A program made the position numbers and the translations under genes. Source: Oscillospiraceae bacterium (GTDB lineage: Bacteria > Bacillota > Clostridia > UMGS1810). From it: a stretch of DNA of 64,000 nt. The notes beneath the pieces are model-generated. The model was not told where the DNA came from and did not search any database. It saw only the letters and a program-made list of their open reading frames with translations. The stretch covers positions 203 through 64,202 of the forward strand of contig SVJL01000003.1 of NCBI GenBank assembly GCA_015068985.1. Direction: 5' to 3'. Shown here in pieces: positions 1-7,955 of the stretch (position 1 is its first letter; each line of letters opens with the position of its first letter).

Positions 1-1
1 T

Positions 2-97
2 GGCACAACCGCTGCTAAACTCGGCGAAATCATCGCTACACACGTTATCCCCAGACCTCACGCAGATGTTGAGAAAATTCTGCCTTCTATTAAATAA
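2..97 (+). CDS. BMC-H shell protein (PduA/EutM-like), 3' end only; the gene starts upstream of the window
   Basis: Frame 2 reads GTTAAKLGEIIATHVIPRPHADVEKILPSIK*. The HVIPRPH..VEKILP tail is the canonical C-terminus of PduA/EutM-type hexamer proteins. Confidence 0.8.
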   Translation, partial: GTTAAKLGEIIATHVIPRPHADVEKILPSIK

Positions 98-187
98 TTT
101 ATCGGGCAGATAAAATGCACAAAAAGTGACGGCAGGGCGGCATCCTTGCTTGCCCTGCCGAACATTCACTTGAAAGGAGATTTTCCA

Positions 188-439
188 ATGATCATAGGTA
201 AGGTTAAAGGAAGCGTTGTTTCCACACGTAAAAACGAAAACCTCATTGGTAACAAATTTATGATTGTTGAACCCATAAAAGAAATGGGTATGGCAAGCAC
301 AATCGTAGCAATCGATAACGTTGGTGCCGGAATTGGCGAAATTGTTCTCGTTGCCACAGGCAGTGCCGCAAGAATCGGCTGCAATCAGGAAAATTCACCC
401 GTAGACGCAGCAATTGTGGGCATTGTTGACCAGCTCTGA
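188..439 (+). CDS. BMC vertex pentamer protein (BMC-P; EutN/PduN/CcmL family)
   Basis: MIIGKVKGSVVSTRKNENLIGNKFMIVEP... is a typical EutN/CcmL N-terminus. The ATG at 188 follows GAAAGGAGA (172-180). The track ORF from 146 is probably an upstream extension. Confidence 0.85.
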   Translation: MIIGKVKGSVVSTRKNENLIGNKFMIVEPIKEMGMASTIVAIDNVGAGIGEIVLVATGSAARIGCNQENSPVDAAIVGIVDQL

Positions 440-473
440 TAATCATCAAATCAAATTTCAGCGAAAGGAGTGA

Positions 474-1820
474 GTGCAGTTGAAGCTCGAACAGTTATCA
501 TCAATAATGAAATCTCACGGCATCATTGGTGCAGGCGGTGCAGGATTCCCCTCATATGCCAAGCTCAATGAAAAGGCCGACACCATAATCCTCAACTGTG
601 CCGAATGTGAACCGCTTTTTAAGCTTCACCGTCAGCTCCTCGCAACCTACACATTTGAAATTATGACCGCTCTTACCCACGTTAAAGAAGCCGTTGGCGC
701 AAAGCAGGTTGTAATTGCACTAAAGCCTTCCTATAAGGAAGCAATCGATCAGGTAAACTATTACCTGCCATCTTTCCCTGACTTCAGAATATCCCTCCTG
801 CCAAAGGTATATCCGGTGGGAGATGAAATAATATTGATCTACGAATCTACCGGTAGGGTTGTAAAACCCGGCAAGCTCCCCATAACCGAGGGAGTGATAG
901 TGTATAACGTAGAAACCATGCTCAACACCTACTATGCAATCGAAGAAGACAAAAGCGTAACCGACAAATACATCACCATAACCGGTGAAATCAAAAATCC
1001 CGGCACCTTTAAGGTTCCGGTTGGCATAACAGTTAAAGAGGCAATAAGCCTCACCGGCGGCGAAAAATCAGACGATTGTATGTATCTGGGCGGCGGTCTT
1101 ATGACCGGAAATGTTGTTTATCCAAACGACCCCATAACCAAAAAGCTTAATGCAATTTTGGTTCTTCCAAAAAACAGTCCAATAATACAAAAACGACTTG
1201 CAAACCCTGCAATAAACATTCGCAAGGCAATGAGCATTTGCTGTCAGTGCCGTTCGTGCACCGACCTATGCTCGCGAAATCTGCTCGGTTATCCCATTGA
1301 GCCCCATCTTTTTATGAGAGCTGTGACCAAAGGTATGGATTCCGACTCCGAGGCTGTGCTTAATTCGTTTTATTGTTCACAGTGCGGTCTTTGTGAGCTT
1401 TATTCCTGCCCTCAAGACCTCTCACCCCGTTCAATAATCAATAAGGTGAGAGCCGAACTCAGAAAGCAAGGTGTAACAGCTCCCGAAAAGCCGAAATTTA
1501 CCGGAGTATCCCCCGACAGAAATTACAAACAGGTTCAGATGAACCGTCTGCGTTCACGCCTTGGCGTAACCGGATATTACGTTCCGGCAACCCTCGACGA
1601 AAAGGTTCCCTCATTCAAAGAGGTCAAAATTATGCTTAACCAGCACATTGGCCCTCCTGCATCGCCAATTGTTAAAAAAGGCGATAAGGTCACCAAGGGG
1701 CAGCTTATAGCCACAACCGAAGGAAAGCTGGGAGCCGACGTTCATTCGTCAATCGACGGTGCAGTTATTGCTGCAACCGATATGTATATAATTATCAGAA
1801 AAAGGAGTGACAATAAATGA
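474..1820 (+). CDS. PduS-like / RnfC-like Fe-S flavoprotein associated with the BMC
   Basis: Glycine-rich GAGGAGFP motif near the N-terminus. Two ferredoxin-type motifs are present (CCQCRSCTDLC and CSQCGLCELYSCP). The C-terminal ~60 aa look like a barrel-sandwich hybrid domain. The true start may be TTG at 480, 9 nt after GGAG, rather than GTG at 474. Confidence 0.75.
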   Translation: MQLKLEQLSSIMKSHGIIGAGGAGFPSYAKLNEKADTIILNCAECEPLFKLHRQLLATYTFEIMTALTHVKEAVGAKQVVIALKPSYKEAIDQVNYYLPSFPDFRISLLPKVYPVGDEIILIYESTGRVVKPGKLPITEGVIVYNVETMLNTYYAIEEDKSVTDKYITITGEIKNPGTFKVPVGITVKEAISLTGGEKSDDCMYLGGGLMTGNVVYPNDPITKKLNAILVLPKNSPIIQKRLANPAINIRKAMSICCQCRSCTDLCSRNLLGYPIEPHLFMRAVTKGMDSDSEAVLNSFYCSQCGLCELYSCPQDLSPRSIINKVRAELRKQGVTAPEKPKFTGVSPDRNYKQVQMNRLRSRLGVTGYYVPATLDEKVPSFKEVKIMLNQHIGPPASPIVKKGDKVTKGQLIATTEGKLGADVHSSIDGAVIAATDMYIIIRKRSDNK

Positions 1821-2365
1821 GCAAAGCACTTGGAATGGTAGAGTACCTTACCGTTGCCACAGGCATCACTGCTGCCGACCTTATGGTTAAAACAGCCGAT
1901 GTTGAGCTTATTGAAGCCCACGTTGTTTGTCCCGGCAAATACATAGCTCTCATTCAGGGAGAACTCAGTGCAGTAAATGCCGCAGTTGAGGCATCGAAGA
2001 CTCAGTATCCGGCAAAGCTTGTCGACTCCTTTGTTCTTGGCAATCCCGAAGATTCAATTTTTCCTGCAATCTACGGTGCCACAGAGGTCAAAGACCCGTC
2101 TGCTCTTGGTGTATTCGAAACCTATAGTGCAGCATCAATCATTGTTGCCGCAGATATTGCATCCAAAACGGCAGAGGTTCAGCTCATAGAGCTTCGCATA
2201 GCAAAGGGCATGTGCGGAAAATCCTATATGCTCATCACAGGTGAAGTTGCCGCAGTTCAGGCAGCTATCGACACCGTGAAAGAGCGTCTCAAAGAAACAT
2301 CAATGTATCTTGATAGTTCTGTTATTGCCAACCCCGACAAAGAAACATGGCAAAACATTATATAA
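1817..2365 (+). CDS. Tandem-domain BMC-T shell protein, PduT-like
   Basis: 182 aa with two BMC-like halves (ALGMVEY... and ALGVFETY...). The VVCPGKY motif aligns with the TICPGKF motif that carries the 4Fe-4S ligand Cys38 of Salmonella PduT. Its ATG overlaps the upstream stop (ATGA). Confidence 0.75.
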   Translation: MSKALGMVEYLTVATGITAADLMVKTADVELIEAHVVCPGKYIALIQGELSAVNAAVEASKTQYPAKLVDSFVLGNPEDSIFPAIYGATEVKDPSALGVFETYSAASIIVAADIASKTAEVQLIELRIAKGMCGKSYMLITGEVAAVQAAIDTVKERLKETSMYLDSSVIANPDKETWQNII

Positions 2366-2393
2366 ACTACTGTAACGAAAGGAACGTGTGACC

Positions 2394-3791
2394 ATGATAG
2401 ACGAAAAGTATATCAGCCAGATAGTAGAGAGCGTATTAAAAAGTGCTCAGGAAGCTCCGGCAAAATCAGAAGACAAAAAACAGCTCGGCGTTTTTGAAAC
2501 AATGGAAGAAGCACTCGACGCTGTAAAAAAAGCCTACAAACAATACAGATCATACACTGTTGCTCAAAGAGAAAAAATGATATCCAATATCCGTAAGCTC
2601 ACCCTCGAAGAAGCTGAAGTAATGGCTCGTATGGGCGTTGACGAAACCGGAATGGGCAGAGTAGAAGACAAAATTATCAAACATCAGGTTGTTGCCAACA
2701 AAACTCCCGGCACAGAAGACCTTCAGCCATCTGTTATGACAGGCGACGACGGTCTCACTCTCATAGAAATGGCTCCTTTTGGAATCATTGGAAGCATAAC
2801 CCCTTCCACCAACCCCAGTGAAACAGTTCTCTGTAACACAATGGGTATGATTGCCGGCGGTAACGCAGTTGTTTTCAATCCTCACCCCAACGCTTGCAAG
2901 GTTGCCAACTATGCAGTAGACCTTGTTAACCGTGCAATTCTTGCTGCAGGCGGTCCCGAAAACCTCGTTGTTTCCGTTAAAAAACCCACAATGGACACAT
3001 CCAAAATGATGATGGAATGTCCCGATGTTAAAATGCTCGTTGCAACAGGCGGCCCCGGCGTTGTGCGCACACTTCTTTCTTCAGGTAAGAAAGCAATTGG
3101 TGCCGGTGCAGGTAATCCCCCTGTTATCGTTGACGACACAGCCGACATTGCAAAAGCTGCTTCCGACATCGTTAAGGGTGCAAGCTTTGATAATAACCTT
3201 CCCTGTATTGCCGAAAAAGAATGCTTTGCATTTTCTTCAATTGCCGATGAGCTCATCGACAATATGACCAAAAACGGTGCATATCTCCTCAAAGGCGATA
3301 TGGTAGACAAATTGGTTAAGGTTGCGCTCGTTGAAAAAGACGGTAAATATTCCATCAACAAAAAATGGGTTGGCAAAGACGCAGGTCTTTTCCTTAAAGA
3401 ACTTGGCATAGATGCAGACCCCCGTCTTATCATTTGTGAAACTCCCGAAAATCACCCCTTTGTTCAGGTTGAAATGATGATGCCCATTCTTGCCATTGTC
3501 AGAGTAAACAATATTGAAGAAGCAATAGAAATGGCTGTTAAGGCAGAGCATGGATGCCGTCATTCGGCTCACATTCATTCAAAAAATGTAGACCGTCTCA
3601 CAGCATTTGCAAGAGCAGTTGAAACAACAATCTTTGTTAAAAATGCTCCGTCATATGCAGGCATCGGTGTTGGCGGCGAAGGCTACACAACCTTCACAAT
3701 TGCCGGACCAACCGGAGAAGGTCTCACAGCAACTCACTCCTTTACCCGTCAGAGAAGATGTGTAATGGCAGACGGACTTCACATTGTATGA
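2394..3791 (+). CDS. CoA-acylating aldehyde dehydrogenase (PduP/EutE family)
   Basis: Length and motifs fit (GGNAVVFNPHP, catalytic-Cys context NNLPCIAEKE). The amphipathic N-terminus resembles an encapsulation peptide. The ATG at 2394 follows AAAGGAA; the track ORF starts at a GTG at 2388. Confidence 0.85.
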   Translation: MIDEKYISQIVESVLKSAQEAPAKSEDKKQLGVFETMEEALDAVKKAYKQYRSYTVAQREKMISNIRKLTLEEAEVMARMGVDETGMGRVEDKIIKHQVVANKTPGTEDLQPSVMTGDDGLTLIEMAPFGIIGSITPSTNPSETVLCNTMGMIAGGNAVVFNPHPNACKVANYAVDLVNRAILAAGGPENLVVSVKKPTMDTSKMMMECPDVKMLVATGGPGVVRTLLSSGKKAIGAGAGNPPVIVDDTADIAKAASDIVKGASFDNNLPCIAEKECFAFSSIADELIDNMTKNGAYLLKGDMVDKLVKVALVEKDGKYSINKKWVGKDAGLFLKELGIDADPRLIICETPENHPFVQVEMMMPILAIVRVNNIEEAIEMAVKAEHGCRHSAHIHSKNVDRLTAFARAVETTIFVKNAPSYAGIGVGGEGYTTFTIAGPTGEGLTATHSFTRQRRCVMADGLHIV

Positions 3792-3820
3792 TAACAAAAT
3801 AACCCACGCGAGGTGTTCTA

Positions 3821-4180
3821 ATGAAAGCACTTGGAATGATAGAAGTGTATAGCTTTTCCACAGCAGTAAGAGTGGCAGATATTGCGGCAAAAGCGGCTGA
3901 TGTCAAAATCATCGCTTTCGACCGTAACCGTCCGTTTGCACCGGGTTTTCCTGTACCACTTATTATGGTGGTAAAAATGGAGGGCGATGTTGCAGCTGTT
4001 GAAGCAGCGGTTGATGCTGCAGTAAGCTATGCCAAATCACAAAACAGATACATAGTACATCACATAATAGCCCGTCCTGCCGACACGGTAGAAAAAATGG
4101 GTTATCTTATGGATATCAACAGAGATAAATACAACAAAAAGCTTCCCAAGAGCTTTTTGCCAAAGGAGGGTGACGAATAA
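3821..4180 (+). CDS. BMC-H-like shell protein with an atypical pore loop and a basic C-terminal tail
   Basis: The ALGMIEVYSFSTAVRVADIAAKAADV opening is a BMC fold. The usual G-x-G pore loop is replaced by FDRNRPFAPGFPVP. A ~25 aa Lys-rich extension follows. Confidence 0.7.
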   Translation: MKALGMIEVYSFSTAVRVADIAAKAADVKIIAFDRNRPFAPGFPVPLIMVVKMEGDVAAVEAAVDAAVSYAKSQNRYIVHHIIARPADTVEKMGYLMDINRDKYNKKLPKSFLPKEGDE

Positions 4181-4458
4181 TGACAGAAGCTATCGGTCTT
4201 TTGGAAATTGAGGGCTTAGTTGCCGCAATCGAAGGTCTTGATGCAATGGTTAAAGCTGCCGACGTTCGTCTCATTCACTCCGAAAAGCGTCTCGGTGGTA
4301 GACTCGTTACCATCATTATTGCAGGCAGTGTGTCTGCAGTGGACTCGGCAATTGATGCCGGAGAAGCAGCAGCCGAGCGTATTGGCAAAATATATGGCAG
4401 AGAGGTAATAGCAAATCCTCACTCTGAAGTAACAAAGTTTTTTGACATGGAAAGCTAA
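4180..4458 (+). CDS. BMC-H shell protein
   Basis: 92 aa reading AIGLLEIEGLVAAIEGLDAMVKAADVRLI..RLGGRLVTIIIAGSVSAV. It overlaps the upstream stop by 1 nt (TAATG). Confidence 0.85.
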   Translation: MTEAIGLLEIEGLVAAIEGLDAMVKAADVRLIHSEKRLGGRLVTIIIAGSVSAVDSAIDAGEAAAERIGKIYGREVIANPHSEVTKFFDMES

Positions 4459-4506
4459 ACTAAAAATTTCAGAGTTTGTAACCGGTTACGAAAGGCGGTA
4501 ACTAAA

Positions 4507-5133
4507 TTGTACGATATAAAACTTATTCAGGACACAATTAAAGAAGTTGTTTCCGAGATGAACGGCGAAATAAAGGTTGGCGTTTCTCAGCGTCATGTTC
4601 ACCTTTCACGTGAAGATCTCGACACACTGTTTGGCAAAGGATATGAGCTGACAGTAAGCAAATATCTTATGGGAAGAGAATATGCTTCCGAAGAGTTTGT
4701 AACACTTGTTGGTCCATCACTCAAATCTATCGAAAAGGTCAGAGTGCTCGGACCTGTCAGAAAAAACACTCAGGTAGAAATTTCCCGCACCGACACTTTC
4801 ACTCTCAAGGTCAGCCCTCCGGTAAGACCCTCGGGTGACATTAAGGGCAGTGAACGTCTTGTGCTTGTTGGACCAAAGGGCAGTGTATACCTCAAAGAAG
4901 GTGTTATCATTGCCAACCGTCACATACACCTCACTCCGGAATATGCCAAAGACCACGGTATTTCCGATAACGATTATGTAGACGTGGAAATAGAAGGAAT
5001 TAAACCCACAAGATTTTATGGTGTACAGGTCAGAGTGCGTGACGATTTCAATGTAGAAATGCACATCGATACCGATGATGCCAACTCCGCAGGTTTAAAG
5101 AATGGAGCTAAGGTTCGCATCATCAAGAAGTAA
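4507..5133 (+). CDS. pduL: Phosphate propanoyltransferase (phosphotransacylase PduL)
   Basis: Both halves carry PduL-type repeats (GVSQRHVHLSREDLDTLFG and IANRHIHLTPEYA). With the TTG start, the N-terminus aligns with the Salmonella PduL targeting helix. Confidence 0.85.
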   Translation: MYDIKLIQDTIKEVVSEMNGEIKVGVSQRHVHLSREDLDTLFGKGYELTVSKYLMGREYASEEFVTLVGPSLKSIEKVRVLGPVRKNTQVEISRTDTFTLKVSPPVRPSGDIKGSERLVLVGPKGSVYLKEGVIIANRHIHLTPEYAKDHGISDNDYVDVEIEGIKPTRFYGVQVRVRDDFNVEMHIDTDDANSAGLKNGAKVRIIKK

Positions 5134-5147
5134 ATAATTTGAAAACA

Positions 5148-5193
5148 AACGCAGAAACTGAACACTCATTGGTTTTAGCTTCTGCGTTGTTTT
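5148..5193 (+). terminator. Possible intrinsic terminator after pduL
   Basis: AACGCAGAA (5148-5156) pairs with TTCTGCGTT (5180-5188) and is followed by GTTTT. The loop is large, at 23 nt. Confidence 0.4.
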
Positions 5194-5218
5194 ATAGTTA
5201 TAAAAATGAGGTGATATA

Positions 5219-5980
5219 ATGCTTGCCCCCGAAAGACAAAAATACATACTCGACGAACTTTTTAAAGAGGGTGCTGTAACAGTAAGTAAGTTAGCGTCAA
5301 ATCTTAGCGTGACCGAAGAAACTATCAGGCGTGACCTTGAAAAGCTCGAAAAAAATGAATCTTTAAGACGTACTCACGGCGGTGCAGTTCCAATTGACGG
5401 CACAACCTATGAGCTTTCTTTGGAAAAAAGAAAATCAACAAATGTTGAAGCCAAACAAAAAATTGCTGCCATTGCTACAAGCTTTGTTTTCTCGGGAGAC
5501 ACAATTTTCCTCGATGCTTCAACAACCACATTTTTTATGGCAAAAGAGCTTAAAAAGCTTAAAAATATCACTGTCATAACCAATTCACTTCGTGTTGTGG
5601 CAGAGCTTTCTTCCTGCGAACACATAAAGCTCATTTCTGTTGGAGGAATTGTGAGTGCAAATCAGTCTTTTGTGGGCACCTTAGCAGAGCGAAGCATAAA
5701 GGAGTCATATTTCGCCAACAAAATGTTTTTCTCAGCAAAAGGCATCGCCAAAGAAATTGGCATTCTGGAAAGTAACGAGCAGGAATGTGGCATAAAAATG
5801 AATATGCTTGCCAACTCCGAAAACAAATTCTTCCTTTGCGACAGTGCAAAAGTGGGCAGGGTGAGCTTTGCAAAGCTTGCTTCTTTTGCCGATATCGACT
5901 ATATGATAACCGACAAAGAACCCGATGAAGAATTGATAGAAGCTTTAAAAGATAACAATGTTAAACTCGTAACAGAATAA
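5219..5980 (+). CDS. DeoR/GlpR family transcriptional regulator
   Basis: N-terminal HTH (ERQKYILDEL..GAVTVSKLASNLSVTEETIRRDL) followed by a DeoR C-terminal sugar-binding domain. Confidence 0.85.
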   Translation: MLAPERQKYILDELFKEGAVTVSKLASNLSVTEETIRRDLEKLEKNESLRRTHGGAVPIDGTTYELSLEKRKSTNVEAKQKIAAIATSFVFSGDTIFLDASTTTFFMAKELKKLKNITVITNSLRVVAELSSCEHIKLISVGGIVSANQSFVGTLAERSIKESYFANKMFFSAKGIAKEIGILESNEQECGIKMNMLANSENKFFLCDSAKVGRVSFAKLASFADIDYMITDKEPDEELIEALKDNNVKLVTE

Positions 5981-5998
5981 AGAAAGGAATCAATCTCT

Positions 5999-7459
5999 AT
6001 GAAAAAAGTTCTTGCATTCGACCTTGGCGCATCAAGCGGCAGAGGCATCATAGCCACTCTCGACAATGGCAAAATAACCTTAGACGAAATCCACCGTTTT
6101 CCCAATAACGGTGTAAGTGTCAGAGGCACTCTTTATTGGGACATTCTCTATCTTTTTGATCAGATAAAGCAGGGCATAGTTAAAGCACGTCTGGCCGGTG
6201 GTTTTGATTCTATCGGCATCGACACATGGGGCGTTGATTTTGGTCTTGTTGATGAAAACGGTGACCTCATAGGAAACCCCGTTCATTATCGTGACGCACG
6301 CACTGACAATATTCCCGAAGAAGTGTTTAAAGAAATCAGCAAAGATGAACTCTATGGCAAAACCGGCATCCAGATTCTCAATTTCAACACACTTTTTCAA
6401 TTATATTACCTTGCAAAATATAAAGCGGATCTTCTCAAAAGAGCCGACAAACTCATCTTTATTCCCGACCTCTTAAACTATTTTTTGACCGGGGTTAAAA
6501 AGAGTGAATACACCATCGCTTCCACATCACAAATGCTTAACCCTGCAAAACGCACATGGGATAAAGACCTTCTCTCTGCTCTCAACATTCCCACCGACAT
6601 TCTCTGTGATATTATCGAAACCGGCGAGATTCTTGGTAAGCTCAGTCCCGAAATTTGCGAAGAACTCTCTGTTGAGCCCGTAAATGTTATAGCAGTTGGC
6701 GGTCACGACACCGCATCGGCTGTTGTGTCTGTTCCCACCACCGAAGACGATTTTGTATATGTGTCTTGCGGCACTTGGTCACTTTTTGGCACAGAGCTCA
6801 AAGAACCTCTCATCAGTGAGGAAGGTCTCAAAGCTTCCTACACCAACGAGGGTGGCTATGGTGGCACAATTCGTTATCTTACCAACATTATGGGTCTCTG
6901 GCTTATTCAGGAAGCACGCCGAGACTGGCAAAAGCAGGGTAACGACCTGAGCTTTGGAGAACTGGCAGCATTGGCAGCCGAAGCAAAACCGTTCCAGTGC
7001 TTCGTTGATCCCGACTATCCCGAATTTGGCAAACCCGGCAATATGCCCAGGAAAATTCAGGATTATTGCAAAAAGACAGGCCAGTATGTACCCCAGACCA
7101 TCGGCGAAATTTCACGTTGTATTTACGAAAGCCTTGCTCTCAAATACCGCCACGCATTTTTGAATCTTGCTAAAATCACAGGCAAAGATTTTAAAGGTAT
7201 TCACATTGTTGGTGGCGGCACCAATGCGGCAATTCTTTGTCAGATGACAGCTTCTTCATGTAACATAGATGTTTCTGCAGGTCCTGTTGAAGCAACAGCA
7301 CTTGGCAACGTTGCAGTTCAGCTCATTGCTTCCGGTGACATAAAAGATATTAAAGAAGCCAGACAAATCATCAAAGATTCGTCCGATATTAAGGTGTATT
7401 CACCCGAAAACAGTGCTGAATGGGATGAAGCATATGCTAAATTTCTGAATATTCTGTAA
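5999..7459 (+). CDS. rhaB: Rhamnulokinase (FGGY family)
   Basis: The AFDLGASSGRG N-terminal motif matches the RhaB DLGASSGR signature. It is FGGY-sized at 486 aa. Confidence 0.8.
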   Translation: MKKVLAFDLGASSGRGIIATLDNGKITLDEIHRFPNNGVSVRGTLYWDILYLFDQIKQGIVKARLAGGFDSIGIDTWGVDFGLVDENGDLIGNPVHYRDARTDNIPEEVFKEISKDELYGKTGIQILNFNTLFQLYYLAKYKADLLKRADKLIFIPDLLNYFLTGVKKSEYTIASTSQMLNPAKRTWDKDLLSALNIPTDILCDIIETGEILGKLSPEICEELSVEPVNVIAVGGHDTASAVVSVPTTEDDFVYVSCGTWSLFGTELKEPLISEEGLKASYTNEGGYGGTIRYLTNIMGLWLIQEARRDWQKQGNDLSFGELAALAAEAKPFQCFVDPDYPEFGKPGNMPRKIQDYCKKTGQYVPQTIGEISRCIYESLALKYRHAFLNLAKITGKDFKGIHIVGGGTNAAILCQMTASSCNIDVSAGPVEATALGNVAVQLIASGDIKDIKEARQIIKDSSDIKVYSPENSAEWDEAYAKFLNIL

Positions 7460-7550
7460 GTCAAAATAGTTTGTAAATATAATGAGTCCGGCTCTTTGCA
7501 TAAGTTCGAGCCAATACTGTGTCTCGTAACATTCCTTTAAATAATTCAAT

Positions 7551-7640
7551 AATGAAATCGTTTACCTTGTTCACAATGAAATCAAATCCGTCTTTTATCC
7601 GCCGCAGGCGATTTCATTTATTCCGTCACAAGACGGATTT
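7551..7640. repeat. Interleaved complementary segments (A, A, B, A', B')
   Basis: AATGAAATC occurs at 7551-7559 and 7575-7583, and its complement GATTTCATT at 7610-7618. AAATCCGTCTT at 7584-7594 has its complement AAGACGGATTT at 7630-7640. Confidence 0.6.
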
Positions 7641-7646
7641 AGTTAG

Positions 7647-7681
7647 AAAAACCGCAGATCTTATCAGAATCTGCGGTTTTT
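7647..7681. terminator. Bidirectional intrinsic terminator
   Basis: AAAAA-CCGCAGAT-(9 nt)-ATCTGCGG-TTTTT. It lies just 3' of tRNA-Thr on the minus strand and downstream of rhaB on the plus strand. Confidence 0.7.
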
Positions 7682-7685
7682 CTAA

Positions 7686-7758
7686 AGCTGGTGATCGGAC
7701 TTGAACCGACGATCTATTGATTACGAATCAATTGCTCTACCGACTGAGCCACACCAGC
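7686..7758 (-). tRNA. tRNA-Thr (anticodon CGU)
   Basis: The reverse complement folds as a cloverleaf. The 7-bp acceptor is GCTGGTG/CACCAGC, the D arm GCTC/GAGC, the anticodon stem ATTGA/TCAAT with loop TTCGTAA, and the T arm GTCGG-TTCAAGT-CCGAT. CCA is not encoded. Confidence 0.9.
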
Positions 7759-7955
7759 AAATATTGAAACAACATACCAATTATAACTTAAAAAAAGCTT
7801 TTAGTCAAGACTTTATCAGATAATTTTTGTTTTGTCATTTTCTTCGCTTGTATAATTTGAAAAAGTGTTTTTTGTGATAAAGTGACTTTACAAATATTAA
7901 TTTATGTTGTATAATTATTTCATAGAATTTCCATTTAAAATGAGGTGTGTTTAGA

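Noticed and set aside
7519-7704. Small intergenic ORFs: 7519-7704 (61 aa) and 19332-19514 (60 aa).
   Set aside because: The first runs through a terminator and into the tRNA gene. The second is an A/T-rich promoter region with a low-complexity translation. Neither has an RBS.
7686-7758. tRNA-Thr as the attachment site of a genomic island.
   Set aside because: No integrase or recombinase gene and no direct repeat of the tRNA 3' end are visible on either side.
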